The notes under the pieces are model-generated. The model was not told the origin of the DNA. It saw nothing but the letters and a program-made list of their open reading frames with translations, and did not search any database. Position numbers and translations under genes: made by a program. DNA of 42,630 bases from positions 1-42,630 of the forward strand of contig CAMDVX010000002.1 in NCBI GenBank assembly GCA_945877865.1, given 5' to 3'. Of the stretch, positions 24,400-36,153 are shown one piece after another (the stretch's first letter is position 1; every line of letters begins with the position of its first letter). The DNA is from Bifidobacterium breve (GTDB taxonomy: Bacteria; Actinomycetota; Thermoleophilia; Gaiellales; F1-60-MAGs149).

Positions 24400-25347
24400 A
24401 TGGCACCGGCCTCGATCATTCTCGATTGCGATCCAGGCATCGACGATGCCGTCGCGATTCTGCTCGCGCTTGGGAGCCCGGAGGTGCAGCTCGCTGCCAT
24501 CACGACGGTGGTCGGCAACACGTCGCTGGCGAACGCCACGGCCAACGCCCTGCGCGTGCTGGAGTGGGTCGGGCGCCCGGACATCCCCGTCGCGGCCGGC
24601 GCCGAGCGGGCGCTCGTCCATGGGGCGTCTCGCGACGCAGCAGACGCCCACGGTGAGACGGGCCTAGATGGATCCGGCCTGCCGGCACCGACGATCTCGC
24701 CGGTCGGCGAGCACGCCGTCGAGCTGATCGCACGGCTGGCGCTCGCAGAGCCCGGCCGGCACACGCTCGTCGCAACCGGGCCGCTCACGAACGTGGCGCT
24801 GCTCGCGGCGCTGCGCCCGCAGGCGTTCGCTGCACTGCGGCGCGTGGTGGTGATGGGTGGCTCCGCGCTGGGTGGTGGCAACATGTCCCCCTACGCTGAG
24901 TTCAACGTTTGGAGCGATCCTGAGGCCGCCGAGCGCGTGCTGCAGTCGGGCGCCGACACCACGCTGGTCGGGCTTGACGTGACGCGGCGGGCGATCCTCG
25001 ATGGCGACGATGTGGCGGTGCTTGAGCAGCTGCCAGTGCTGGGTCCCGGGCTAGCCGGGATGCTTCGCTTCTACATGCGCAAGCACATCGAGTGGTATGG
25101 GCAGGAGGTCGTCTTCCAGCACGATAGCCTCGCGCTGGCCCAGGTCATCGATCCCACGCTGCTCACCGTCGTGCACTGCCACGTCGAGGTCGACACGGGC
25201 TCGGGCCCTGCTCGGGGTGCAACGCTGGTCGATCGTCACGGGGTGTTCGGCGGAGCGCCCAACGTGCACTGGGCCGAGGACCTTGACGTTGAGCGCTTCC
25301 GCTCGCTGCTGATGGCCCGCCTGACAGCGCTGGCGGCGGCGCTGTAG
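24400..25347 (+). CDS. nucleoside hydrolase (inosine-uridine preferring family)
   Basis: IILDCDPGIDDAVAILLAL aspartate-cluster fingerprint. 315 aa. Confidence 0.85.
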   Translation: MAPASIILDCDPGIDDAVAILLALGSPEVQLAAITTVVGNTSLANATANALRVLEWVGRPDIPVAAGAERALVHGASRDAADAHGETGLDGSGLPAPTISPVGEHAVELIARLALAEPGRHTLVATGPLTNVALLAALRPQAFAALRRVVVMGGSALGGGNMSPYAEFNVWSDPEAAERVLQSGADTTLVGLDVTRRAILDGDDVAVLEQLPVLGPGLAGMLRFYMRKHIEWYGQEVVFQHDSLALAQVIDPTLLTVVHCHVEVDTGSGPARGATLVDRHGVFGGAPNVHWAEDLDVERFRSLLMARLTALAAAL

Positions 25348-25407
25348 CCGCGCTGGGCTCCCGCGCGCCGCGTGGTGCTCTGGCGCCGAATCAAGCGCTC
25401 CGCGAGC

Positions 25408-26112
25408 CTAGGTCGCCTGGGGCGGCGGATCGCCGGGCTGCCAAGGCGCCGGAGGATACTCCGCCTCGTCGCCGCGGTGCTCACCGATGGTGAGAATGCG
25501 GATGTCCTTGTCGCTGTCGTTGACGAATTGGTGTGGATGCGCGGGACCTTCCGGCTTGGCGAAGAAGTCGCCTGGGCGCACCCGGTAGGCGCGGTCTCCA
25601 ACCATCAGCACACCGTTGCCGCTGAGGATGAGGAAGCACTCCTCCTCCTCATGGTGCCAGTGGAACTTCGTTGAGCGCTCGCCCGGGCGGATCAGGTCAA
25701 TGTTGACGCCGATGCGGCGCAGACCCGCGTGCTCACCCAGGCGCGTGGAGAGGCCGAATGTTTCGCCACCCGGCTCATACTCACCCTCGCCGGTTGGCGC
25801 ATCCTCGGCGCGGACGAGCCAGTCGGGCCGGCCATCGGCGCGAGCGCGGAGTCGCTCGGCCCGCCGGCCGGCGACCGTCGACGCAGCCCACTCACCGGCC
25901 GGAAGCACCTTCGTCTCAATCCACCGCGAGGCGTGCAGCCCGGCTGGGACCACGACGCAGACCGACTCCCACTCGCCCTCACCGTCGACGAGGAGAAACG
26001 GGTCTTGGCCACCTGTCGCACGCAGCAGCTCGTCGGCGGCTGTGTCGACATCGGGCCAGTAGCGGGGGTGACGCTCAATGAACGCCACGCGGCGGGTGGG
26101 TCGATCAGGCAT
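25408..26112 (-). CDS. cupin-domain protein with an N-terminal region of about 110 aa of unknown function
   Basis: The C-terminal cupin motif is FHWHHEEEECFLILSGNG....G......PGDF...P.G.AHP. The start was trimmed to the ATG at 26112 because the longer ORF overlaps ruvC. Confidence 0.65.
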   Translation of the reverse strand: MPDRPTRRVAFIERHPRYWPDVDTAADELLRATGGQDPFLLVDGEGEWESVCVVVPAGLHASRWIETKVLPAGEWAASTVAGRRAERLRARADGRPDWLVRAEDAPTGEGEYEPGGETFGLSTRLGEHAGLRRIGVNIDLIRPGERSTKFHWHHEEEECFLILSGNGVLMVGDRAYRVRPGDFFAKPEGPAHPHQFVNDSDKDIRILTIGEHRGDEAEYPPAPWQPGDPPPQAT

Positions 26113-26176
26113 GGGACGGATGGTAGGGGACGGCGCCACGGGATGGGACGACCGGCTGCGTTCGTAGACTCCAGCC

Positions 26177-26683
26177 ATGGTAATCCTCGGGCTCGACCCG
26201 GGTACGGCTGCGACCGGGTACGGCATTGTCAGCGCAGAAGGAAGCCGATTGCGATCGGTGGCCTACGGCTGCGTTCGGACGGATCCGCACACGCCGGCCG
26301 AGGAGCGGCTCGCAGCGATCGCGCGTGCGATCGACGCGCTGCTCGTGGAGCACGAGCCCGTCGCCGTCGCGGTGGAGGAGGTCTACGTCGGAGGCAATCC
26401 GCGCACGGCGCTCGCCGTCGGGCAGGCGCGTGGCGCGGTGCTGACGATGTGCGGGCTGCGGCACATCACGGTGGCGGAGTACTCGGTGGCGACGATCAAG
26501 ACGGCCGTCTGTGGCTTTGGTCGTGCGGAGAAGGCGCAGGTGCAGCGGATGGTTCAGGCTGTCCTCGGCATGTCCGAGCGGCCGGAGCCGGAGCACGCTG
26601 GTGATGCCCTCGCAGCGGCCATCTGCCATGCCGCGCAGAGCCCGCTCGAGGCATCGCTCAGGCGCGCCGGAGTGCGCTCGTGA
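26177..26683 (+). CDS. ruvC: crossover junction endodeoxyribonuclease RuvC
   Basis: MVILGLDPGTAATGYGIV with the first catalytic Asp, then VAVEEVY and GDALAAAICHA. 168 aa. Confidence 0.9.
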   Translation: MVILGLDPGTAATGYGIVSAEGSRLRSVAYGCVRTDPHTPAEERLAAIARAIDALLVEHEPVAVAVEEVYVGGNPRTALAVGQARGAVLTMCGLRHITVAEYSVATIKTAVCGFGRAEKAQVQRMVQAVLGMSERPEPEHAGDALAAAICHAAQSPLEASLRRAGVRS

Positions 26684-27273
26684 TCGCTCACGTTGCCGGA
26701 ACGGTGGCCGGCCGCGATGGCGATATCGTGGTCGTCGACGTCGGCGGCGTCGGGTACGAGGTGACGGCCACGCTCGCCGCGCTCTCGCGCTGCGACCCGG
26801 GAACCACCGTCACGCTGCCGACCTATCTGCACGTTCGCGAGGACGTCATGCAGCTGTTTGGCTTTGGCAGTGAGGCCGAGCGGCGGATCTTCCGCCTGCT
26901 GCTTGCGGTCAGCGGCGTCGGACCGAAGCTCGCGCTCGCGATCGTCTCGGCGCACGAGCCGTCGCGGATCGAGAGCGCGGTGCTGCTCGGCGATATCGCC
27001 CTGCTGTCGAGCGTCAGCGGCGTCGGGCGCAAGACGGCCGAGCGAATCTGCCTCGACCTGAAGGACAAGATCGCCGGTGCTGGAGCCACGGGAGCGGTGG
27101 GCGGCGAGCAGGCTGCGCGGAGCGCCGTAGATCCGCATCGCGACGCGCGCGAGGCGCTGGTCGCGCTGGGCTACTCCGTTCTTGACGCGGAGGCTGCGCT
27201 CGTCGGGCTTGAGGGAACGACGGGCGACCGCGTGAAGGGCGCGCTGGCGGCCCTCAGTGGGAGCCGCGGATGA
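26680..27273 (+). CDS. ruvA: Holliday junction branch migration complex subunit RuvA
   Basis: A GTG start overlaps the ruvC stop. Motifs IAHV.G......[16 protein letters not shown]....ER..F..L..VSGVGPK.A, and the second Hh[13 protein letters not shown]. Confidence 0.9.
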   Translation: MIAHVAGTVAGRDGDIVVVDVGGVGYEVTATLAALSRCDPGTTVTLPTYLHVREDVMQLFGFGSEAERRIFRLLLAVSGVGPKLALAIVSAHEPSRIESAVLLGDIALLSSVSGVGRKTAERICLDLKDKIAGAGATGAVGGEQAARSAVDPHRDAREALVALGYSVLDAEAALVGLEGTTGDRVKGALAALSGSRG

Positions 27274-28295
27274 GCGACGATTCGCGCCTGATCGCCGGGC
27301 AGGAGGAGCCAGATGATGTCGAGGTGGACGGCTCGCTGCGTCCGCGGCGCCTGCACGACTTCGTTGGACAGGCCCACGCCGTGCTTCAGCTTGAGACGTT
27401 CGTTGCTGCGGCGCGCGGTCGCGGTGAGGCGTGCGATCACGTGCTCCTAGCCGGGCCACCCGGTCTCGGCAAGACGAGCCTCGCCTTCATCGTCGCAACC
27501 GAGATGGACAGCCGCATCCACACCATCTCCGGGCCAGCGCTGGAGCGAAAGGGCGACATCGCCTCGATTCTCACGGCGCTTGAGCCGCGCGATGTGCTGT
27601 TCATCGACGAGGTCCACCGGCTGCCCCGAGCGATTGAGGAGCTGCTGTACCCGGCCATGGAGGACGGCGCAATCGACATCGTGATTGGGCAGGGCCCAGG
27701 CGCTCGCACCCTTCGGCTCGACCTCGCCCCGTTCACGCTCGTCGGAGCCACGACGCGAGCTGGCCTGCTGACGACGCCGATGCGCGACCGCTTCGGCATC
27801 TCGCTTCGGCTTGAGCACTACACGCCCGACGAGCTTGCGCGCATCATTCAGCGCTCGGCGGGGATCCTCAGCATGACGATCGATGCTGAGGCGACAGCGG
27901 AGATCGCGCGGCGGGCACGTGGCACCCCGCGGGTCGCCAACCGGATTCTGCGCCGCGTGCGCGACGTCGCCCAGGTGCGTGGCTGGCCCGCCGTCGATCA
28001 GGCAGGTGCGCTGGAGGCGCTCGACCTGCTCGGGGTCGACGAGGATGGGCTTGATCGCGCCGATCGGGAGTACCTTCGCGCGATCGCCGAACGGTTTGCG
28101 GGCGGCCCCGTCGGCCTGTCCACGCTGGCCGTGGCGCTCGGGGAGGACGCCGGAACGCTAGAGGACGTGTACGAGCCGTACCTGATTCAGCAGGGTCTCA
28201 TCCAGCGGACCGCGCGGGGACGGGTGCTGACCGCCCGAGGACGCCTGCTGGCAGGGATGGACGACGCGCCGGGACAGCCTTCTCTGCTGGATTAG
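27270..28295 (+). CDS. ruvB: Holliday junction branch migration DNA helicase RuvB
   Basis: LRPRRL.DFVGQ, Walker [12 protein letters not shown], Walker [10 protein letters not shown], and [16 protein letters not shown]. Confidence 0.95.
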   Translation: MSDDSRLIAGQEEPDDVEVDGSLRPRRLHDFVGQAHAVLQLETFVAAARGRGEACDHVLLAGPPGLGKTSLAFIVATEMDSRIHTISGPALERKGDIASILTALEPRDVLFIDEVHRLPRAIEELLYPAMEDGAIDIVIGQGPGARTLRLDLAPFTLVGATTRAGLLTTPMRDRFGISLRLEHYTPDELARIIQRSAGILSMTIDAEATAEIARRARGTPRVANRILRRVRDVAQVRGWPAVDQAGALEALDLLGVDEDGLDRADREYLRAIAERFAGGPVGLSTLAVALGEDAGTLEDVYEPYLIQQGLIQRTARGRVLTARGRLLAGMDDAPGQPSLLD

Positions 28296-28481
28296 TGCGA
28301 GGGTCGCAGGCGGGAGCGGCTCCAGCCGCGCTGCCTGCCGGCGAGGTGCGGTCCGTGGCCAGGGCGCACTGCTGCACGTTGCGTCACAGCGGCGAGGTCT
28401 CCGAGCCTCGCCGGTGTCAACGGCCGGCCCGACGTGGCAACGAGCCCGTCCTGACGGCTCCAACCCGCGGAGGGCGATAGG

Positions 28482-30610
<2,129 letters not shown>

Positions 30611-30614
30611 CACC

Positions 30615-30998
30615 ATGAGCCCGCAAATCCTCCTGCTCGTCGTTGCGATGGGTGCATTGTTCTACTTCATGATCCTCCGACCGCAGAAGCGCGCGAAGGC
30701 AGCCAAGGCTGCGCTGATGTCCTCGCTTCAGCCGGGCAGCGAGATCCTCACCGTTGGTGGCATCTTCGGCACGGTCGTCGAGGTCCGTGAGGGCGACCTT
30801 GATCTGGAGGTTGCTGACGGCGTCATTATGCGCATCGCGCTCGGCGCGATTTCGACGGTTATCCCGGACACCGACGAGGACGATGAGGACGACGACGGCG
30901 ATGAGCTCGCTGATGACGTGGACCATGACGACGACAGCGAGCCGACAGTGACCACGTCGGATTCCGGCTCGACCGACGGCACAGACCGTCCCGCCTGA
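30615..30998 (+). CDS. yajC: preprotein translocase subunit YajC with a long acidic C-terminal tail
   Basis: One TM helix followed by FYFMILRPQKR, then L..G.EI.T.GGI.G.V. The last 45 aa or so are Asp/Glu-rich (DTDEDDEDDDGDELADDVDHDDDSE). Confidence 0.8.
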   Translation: MSPQILLLVVAMGALFYFMILRPQKRAKAAKAALMSSLQPGSEILTVGGIFGTVVEVREGDLDLEVADGVIMRIALGAISTVIPDTDEDDEDDDGDELADDVDHDDDSEPTVTTSDSGSTDGTDRPA

Positions 30999-31001
30999 CC
31001 C

Positions 31002-33809
31002 ATGCTGCGACGAAGCACCGTCCTTATTCTGGTCGCCGTTTTGGCGCTGCTGATCGGCACCGGCGCGCTCAGCTATCTGCGCGCACCCGTGCTCGGCCTT
31101 GACCTTCGCGGCGGAGCCGAGGTCGTGCTCGAGGCCCAGCCTGAGCGTGGCCAGACCGTCACGCCCGAGCAGATGGATCAGGCCATCTCAATCCTTCGCA
31201 CCCGCGTCGATGCCATCGGCGTCTCTGAGCCGCAGATTCAGCAGGAGCAAGGCAATCGCATCTCGATTGCCGTGGCCGGCGAGAACGACCCGGCGCGCGT
31301 CTTCTCGCTCGTCGGGTCGACGGGTCAGCTGTACTTCATCGACCTCGAGGAGGGGCTCACGCAGGGCGTCTCCCGCTCGTTCGTGGCGGGCGCTGGAATC
31401 GTGCCGAAGACGTCGCTGTACGACCTGCTCACGGCCGTCCCAGCGAAGGTCAAGGCCAAGGATCAACGCATTCTCTACGCCTTCAAGAAGGGCGACACCG
31501 CTCAGCCGTTGAATCCGGATGGTGCTGTTGACATGGCACAGCTGCTGCTGCAGATTGGCGCGTCGACGCTGCCAGCTGACGTTGCGGTGCTGGGTGTGCC
31601 CAAGGAGCACATCGCCGTGCGGTGCTCGAACCAGTCGCCGGCCGGTTGCCCACCGAACATTACGCCGGTGCCGACGACCGCCAAGGAGAAGTTCTTCTGG
31701 TACTTGTTCGACCTGCCGGCGGTTGGTCAGCGGCTGACGGGCGACGACCTCGAGAGCGCCAAGTCCGACTTCGACACGCAGTCCGGCCAACCGGTCGTGC
31801 TGATGAACTTCACCGACAACGGCTCGACGCTGTTTGGTGACATCACCAAGCAGCTCGCCCAGCGCGGTCGCGCCGAGTGGAGCGCCGCTGGCGCCCAGCC
31901 GAATCAAGAGCAAGCCTACTTCCAACGCTTCGCAATCATTCTGGATGGGGAGCTGCAGACCTATCCGACGATCGACTTCCAGCAGAATCCGGACGGCATT
32001 CAGGGCGGCAGCGCGCAGATCACCGGCCTCGGCTCGCCGCAGGAGGCCAGCGACATCGCTCTCGTGCTGCAGTCTGGCTCGCTGCCTGTCCGCTTCGTCG
32101 CCCTGTCGTCCAGCCAGGTCTCGGCGACGCTCGGCGAGGCGTCGCTCCGTGAGGGGCTGATCGCCGGCCTCGTCGGCCTGCTGCTGATGATGATCTACCT
32201 GGTGGTCTTCTACCGGGTGCTCGGACTGGTCGCCGACCTTGCGCTGCTCATCTTCGCGGCGCTGTTCTTTGGGGTGATCCTCGCAATTCCCGTAACGATG
32301 ACCCTGCCGGGAATCGCGGGCATGATCCTCACCATTGGCGTGGCCGCAGATGCGAACATCGTCGTGTTCGAACGCATCCGCGAGGAGTACCGATCCGGCA
32401 AGACGCTGAAGGCCGCCATCTCGGCCGGCTACTCGCGCGGGTTCCGGACCATCCTCGACGCCAACGCGGTCACCCTCATCACTGCCGCGGTGCTGTTCAT
32501 CGCCTCGCAGTCCAGCGTCAAGGGCTTCGCATTCCTCCTCGCCATCGGCGTGCTGGTCTCGATGTTCACCTCCGTCGTCGCGACGCGGGCGATCCTCAAC
32601 GTTCTGTCTGGTTTCAAATGGTTCGACAACGCCCGCGTGCTTGGCGCCTACGCCAAGCCGGTGCGCTGGCGCTTCGACTTCGTGGGACGCAAGCGGCTGT
32701 TCTTCGGGATCGCAGCTACTGTCATGATCCTCTGTGCCGCTGCGCTTGGCTTCCGCGGGCTCAACCTTGGTCTTGACTTTTCGGGTGGCACGCGGATGAC
32801 GATCACTACCCAGAAGCCCGCCAGCGTCGAGCAGATGCGTGGCCTGCTCGTCAAGGCCGACGGTGGCCTCAGCGGCGCCATCATTCGCGGCGAAGGAGTT
32901 CCGACCGGGGGCGCCAGCTACACCGCGTTCCAGATTGACGCTGAGGAGGTTCCCGCAGGCGTCGTGCAGACGATTCAGCAAGAGGTGAATCAGAGCTATG
33001 GACTGACGCAGGATGTCGATGTGCGCACGGTGTCAGCGTCGTTCGGAAACGAGATCCTGCGCGGGGCGCTGATCGCGCTGTTCTTCTCGATCCTGCTGAT
33101 CAGCATCTACATCGCGATCCGCTTCGACTGGAAGTTCGCGCTGCCGATGATCGTGGCGCTGATCCACGACCTCGTGCTGGCGATCGGCGTCTACGCGATC
33201 AGCGGGAGAGAGGTCTCGAGCGCCACCGTCGCGGCGATTCTCACGATCCTCGGCTACTCGCTGTACGACACGATCATCGTGTTCGACCGCGTGCGCGAGA
33301 ACGAGAAGTCCCTGCAGCGGCAGACCTACGACCAGATCGTCAATATCTCGCTGTGGGAGACGGCGACACGGTCGCTGAACACGTCGTTCTCAACGCTCCT
33401 GCCGATCCTCGCGCTCTTCCTCTTCGGTGGCGAGACGCTGCAGAACTTCGCGTTCGCGCTGATTATCGGCATCGCGGCCGGCGCGTACTCCTCGTTCTTC
33501 ATCGCTGCTCCGCTGCTGAGCGTGCTCAAGAACCGGGAGCCCGAGTTTCGAGCGCGCAAGGGCTCTGATGAGCTGCCTGCGTTCATGCTCGGCAAGCAGG
33601 TGACCAGCACGGTTGGTCTGAAGCCCGCGGTCGGCGCTGCGGTCGGTGCTGCGAGCGGTGACACCGCATCTGGAGCCGCGGCCAGTGGAGCACCCTCCGC
33701 TCCAGCCGCTCCATCGACAGACGCCAATCCGAAGGGCCCCGACGCCGAGGCGGTCGCGGCAGCCCGGCTACGTCGCGCTCAACGGCGCGGAAAGAGGCGC
33801 GGCTCCTGA
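31002..33809 (+). CDS. secDF: fused protein-export membrane protein SecDF
   Basis: 935 aa. The SecD part has LGLDLRGG, a large periplasmic domain, and the ...TLPGIAG.ILTIGVA.DANI..FERIREE TM bundle. The SecF part starts near residue 545 (nt about 32640) with FDFVG.......I......LNLGLDFSGGT and ...DTIIVFDRVREN. The tail is Ala/Gly/Ser-rich and basic. Confidence 0.9.
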   Translation: MLRRSTVLILVAVLALLIGTGALSYLRAPVLGLDLRGGAEVVLEAQPERGQTVTPEQMDQAISILRTRVDAIGVSEPQIQQEQGNRISIAVAGENDPARVFSLVGSTGQLYFIDLEEGLTQGVSRSFVAGAGIVPKTSLYDLLTAVPAKVKAKDQRILYAFKKGDTAQPLNPDGAVDMAQLLLQIGASTLPADVAVLGVPKEHIAVRCSNQSPAGCPPNITPVPTTAKEKFFWYLFDLPAVGQRLTGDDLESAKSDFDTQSGQPVVLMNFTDNGSTLFGDITKQLAQRGRAEWSAAGAQPNQEQAYFQRFAIILDGELQTYPTIDFQQNPDGIQGGSAQITGLGSPQEASDIALVLQSGSLPVRFVALSSSQVSATLGEASLREGLIAGLVGLLLMMIYLVVFYRVLGLVADLALLIFAALFFGVILAIPVTMTLPGIAGMILTIGVAADANIVVFERIREEYRSGKTLKAAISAGYSRGFRTILDANAVTLITAAVLFIASQSSVKGFAFLLAIGVLVSMFTSVVATRAILNVLSGFKWFDNARVLGAYAKPVRWRFDFVGRKRLFFGIAATVMILCAAALGFRGLNLGLDFSGGTRMTITTQKPASVEQMRGLLVKADGGLSGAIIRGEGVPTGGASYTAFQIDAEEVPAGVVQTIQQEVNQSYGLTQDVDVRTVSASFGNEILRGALIALFFSILLISIYIAIRFDWKFALPMIVALIHDLVLAIGVYAISGREVSSATVAAILTILGYSLYDTIIVFDRVRENEKSLQRQTYDQIVNISLWETATRSLNTSFSTLLPILALFLFGGETLQNFAFALIIGIAAGAYSSFFIAAPLLSVLKNREPEFRARKGSDELPAFMLGKQVTSTVGLKPAVGAAVGAASGDTASGAAASGAPSAPAAPSTDANPKGPDAEAVAAARLRRAQRRGKRRGS

Positions 33810-33863
33810 CCCGCTAGGCCGACTGCACGGACGAACGTCCGGCGCGATGACTAGGCTAACGCT

Positions 33864-36098
33864 ATGTCGCCCGGAAAACGCCTTCAGTTTGCGCCGTGCC
33901 CGGGAGCCCAAGTGGCCACGCTGCAACGTGAGCTCGGGCTCACGCGGGTGCTCGCGGAGGCAATGGTGCGGCGAGGACGCACTGATCCAGCGGAGGTCCT
34001 CGCCTTTCTCGAGCTCGAAGGGTCCCTCCACGACCCGCTCCTGCTCGGCGACGCGCGCCTCGCGATCACCATCTTGAGAGACGCCATTGCGGCTCGTGGT
34101 CGCATCGTCGTGCACGGCGATTACGACGCGGATGGTGTGTGCGCGACGGCGATCCTCTGCGAAGGCCTCGCCGCGCTCGGTGCTCGCGTCGAACCGTTTA
34201 TCCCGAGCCGCTTCGAGGAGGGCTACGGGCTCGCCGTCGCGACCGTGGAGCGACTGCACGCTGACGGCGTCTCGGTGCTCGTCACCGTCGATTGCGGCAT
34301 CACGGCGGTAGAGGCCGCGAGCCGGGCCCGCGAGCTTGGGCTTGCCCTCATCATCACGGACCACCATCGTGAGGGTGAGGCCTTGCCGCGCTGCCCGATC
34401 GTCGCGCCAGCGCTGCGGGGGCAGTACCCATTCGATGCGCTGTGCGGCGCCGGTACCGCCTACAAGCTGTTGGAAGGTCTCGTCGGTGCCTGTGGGGCTG
34501 ATCCGACCATTCTCGACGGCGTCGTTGACCTCGTCGCGATCGCCACCATCGCCGACCTCGTGCCCCTCATCGACGAGAATCGGTCCCTCACCCGACGCGG
34601 GCTGCGTCGCATCCAGGAGGGACGGCGGATCGGCCTCGACGCGTTGATGCGAATCGCCAAGGTCGACGCCCGCGTGGCGGATGCAGGAGCGATCGGCTTC
34701 CGGGTGGCACCCCGGCTCAATGCTGCCGGACGACTCGAGCACGCCGATACGGCGCTGCGGCTCCTGATGACGAAGGACCCGCGAGAGGCACATGAGCTCG
34801 CGGAGAAGCTTGACGGGCTCAACCGTCGCCGGCGAGCGCTCGAAGACCGGATCCTGCGCGAGGCGATCGCACAGTATGAGACGCTGCCAGACCATCGACG
34901 CGACGCCCTCGGGCTCGTGCTGGCCGCCGACGGCTGGCACCCGGGCGTCGTTGGAATCGTCGCCTCGCGCGTCGTCGAACGCCTGCGCCGGCCGATCGTC
35001 CTCGTCGCCCTCGCTGGTGACATCGGCAACGGCTCAGGTCGCAGCGTTGACGCCTTCGACCTGCATGCCGCCCTTGCCGTCTGCGATCCGTACCTTGAGC
35101 GCTGGGGCGGCCATCGGGCGGCCGCTGGTGTGACCGTGAAGGTCGAGCACCTCGACGCCTTTGCAGCAGCCTTCGCCGAGCACGCCACGGCGACGCTGAC
35201 TGGGGTCGACATGCGGGCCACCGAGCGGATTGATGCCGTCGTTTCGCTGACGGACGTCACGCTGGAGACCGCGGCTGATCTAGCGCGTCTTGAGCCCGTC
35301 GGTATGGGCAATCCAGGCGTCACGGTGCTCGTGCCGGCGGCTGAGCTGACGGACGTCCGCCGGATCGGCACCGAGGGCCGTCACATTGACATGCGCGTCC
35401 GTACGTCCGCTGGGTCCTGTCGCGCAGTCGTGTGGAGCGCTGGTGATCGTCTAGAGGAGCTCACCGCCGGGGTCCGGATGGACGTCGCAGCGCGCATCGA
35501 ACGCTCGGTCTGGCAAGGGACAGAGCGAGTCGAGCTGATTGCTCGCGCTGTGCAGCCGCTACCGCACGGGCTGCCGTCCGGAGCCGGCATCTGCCGCACG
35601 CCGTGCGACGGCTCATGCGTGGAGCTACGCGAGCCGCGTCGGCCCGAACCGCTGAATCAGCGTGGCGTCGCCGTCGAGGACATGCGGGATGCCCGAGATG
35701 GGGGCGCGATCGCCGAGCTCACCCGGCTGGCGGCGTCTGGCCAGGGCCTCCTGATCGCGGTGGCCGACGTCTCGCGTCGCCGCGTCATCCTGGACGCGGC
35801 GCTGCATCCGGCTCGCTTCGGGCTCCGCGGCGCGCTGCTCTTCTCTCGGATCTGCTCCGACGCCGCGCTCGTTCGACGCCTCACGCTGCTCTCCGAGGGG
35901 CCGTACATCGTGATTGCCGATCATGAGACGCTGCTTAGCCTCCCAGCCATCGCCGCGCTCATGCCCAACGCCGTGCTGCTCGATCCGCCTCCGGCAGGGT
36001 GGCTGGCGCCGTCAGGTCCGGCCTGGGCTCGGGTCGACGGGCCTGCAGAGCATCGCTTCGCAGCGCAGGTGCGTGGCGAAGGCGTCAGCGCGCTCTAG
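33864..36098 (+). CDS. recJ: single-stranded-DNA-specific exonuclease RecJ (long form)
   Basis: DHH motifs VVHGDYDADGVCATAIL, TVDCGI and ITDHH. The DHHA1 motif GGHRAAAG is present. At 744 aa it is about 170 aa longer at the C-terminus than short RecJ proteins. Confidence 0.85.
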   Translation: MSPGKRLQFAPCPGAQVATLQRELGLTRVLAEAMVRRGRTDPAEVLAFLELEGSLHDPLLLGDARLAITILRDAIAARGRIVVHGDYDADGVCATAILCEGLAALGARVEPFIPSRFEEGYGLAVATVERLHADGVSVLVTVDCGITAVEAASRARELGLALIITDHHREGEALPRCPIVAPALRGQYPFDALCGAGTAYKLLEGLVGACGADPTILDGVVDLVAIATIADLVPLIDENRSLTRRGLRRIQEGRRIGLDALMRIAKVDARVADAGAIGFRVAPRLNAAGRLEHADTALRLLMTKDPREAHELAEKLDGLNRRRRALEDRILREAIAQYETLPDHRRDALGLVLAADGWHPGVVGIVASRVVERLRRPIVLVALAGDIGNGSGRSVDAFDLHAALAVCDPYLERWGGHRAAAGVTVKVEHLDAFAAAFAEHATATLTGVDMRATERIDAVVSLTDVTLETAADLARLEPVGMGNPGVTVLVPAAELTDVRRIGTEGRHIDMRVRTSAGSCRAVVWSAGDRLEELTAGVRMDVAARIERSVWQGTERVELIARAVQPLPHGLPSGAGICRTPCDGSCVELREPRRPEPLNQRGVAVEDMRDARDGGAIAELTRLAASGQGLLIAVADVSRRRVILDAALHPARFGLRGALLFSRICSDAALVRRLTLLSEGPYIVIADHETLLSLPAIAALMPNAVLLDPPPAGWLAPSGPAWARVDGPAEHRFAAQVRGEGVSAL

Positions 36099-36153
36099 CG
36101 TCACAGGCGGACGCACGAGCTGCAGCAACGGCTCGGGTAGCATCTGTAGGACG

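Noticed and set aside
28296-28481. The 186-nt ruvB-queA gap, with 61-aa (+) and 66-aa (-) track ORFs and a 7-bp hairpin GGCGAGG/CCTCGCC.
   Set aside because: The ORF translations are Arg/Pro/Ala junk without an SD or recognisable domains. The hairpin is plausibly just the ruvCAB terminator. The evidence is insufficient for a feature call.
31188-32981. 597-aa ORF antisense to secDF. Similar long antisense or alternative-frame ORFs occur at 22019-23221, 23387-24406, 33768-34940, 28158-29153, 4547-5875, 374-1402, 36727-37428 and 37486-38217.
   Set aside because: They are Arg/Ala/Gly/Pro-rich low-complexity translations that fully overlap genes with unmistakable conserved motifs on the other strand or frame. 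This is the expected stop-codon-poor artefact of DNA at about 70% GC.
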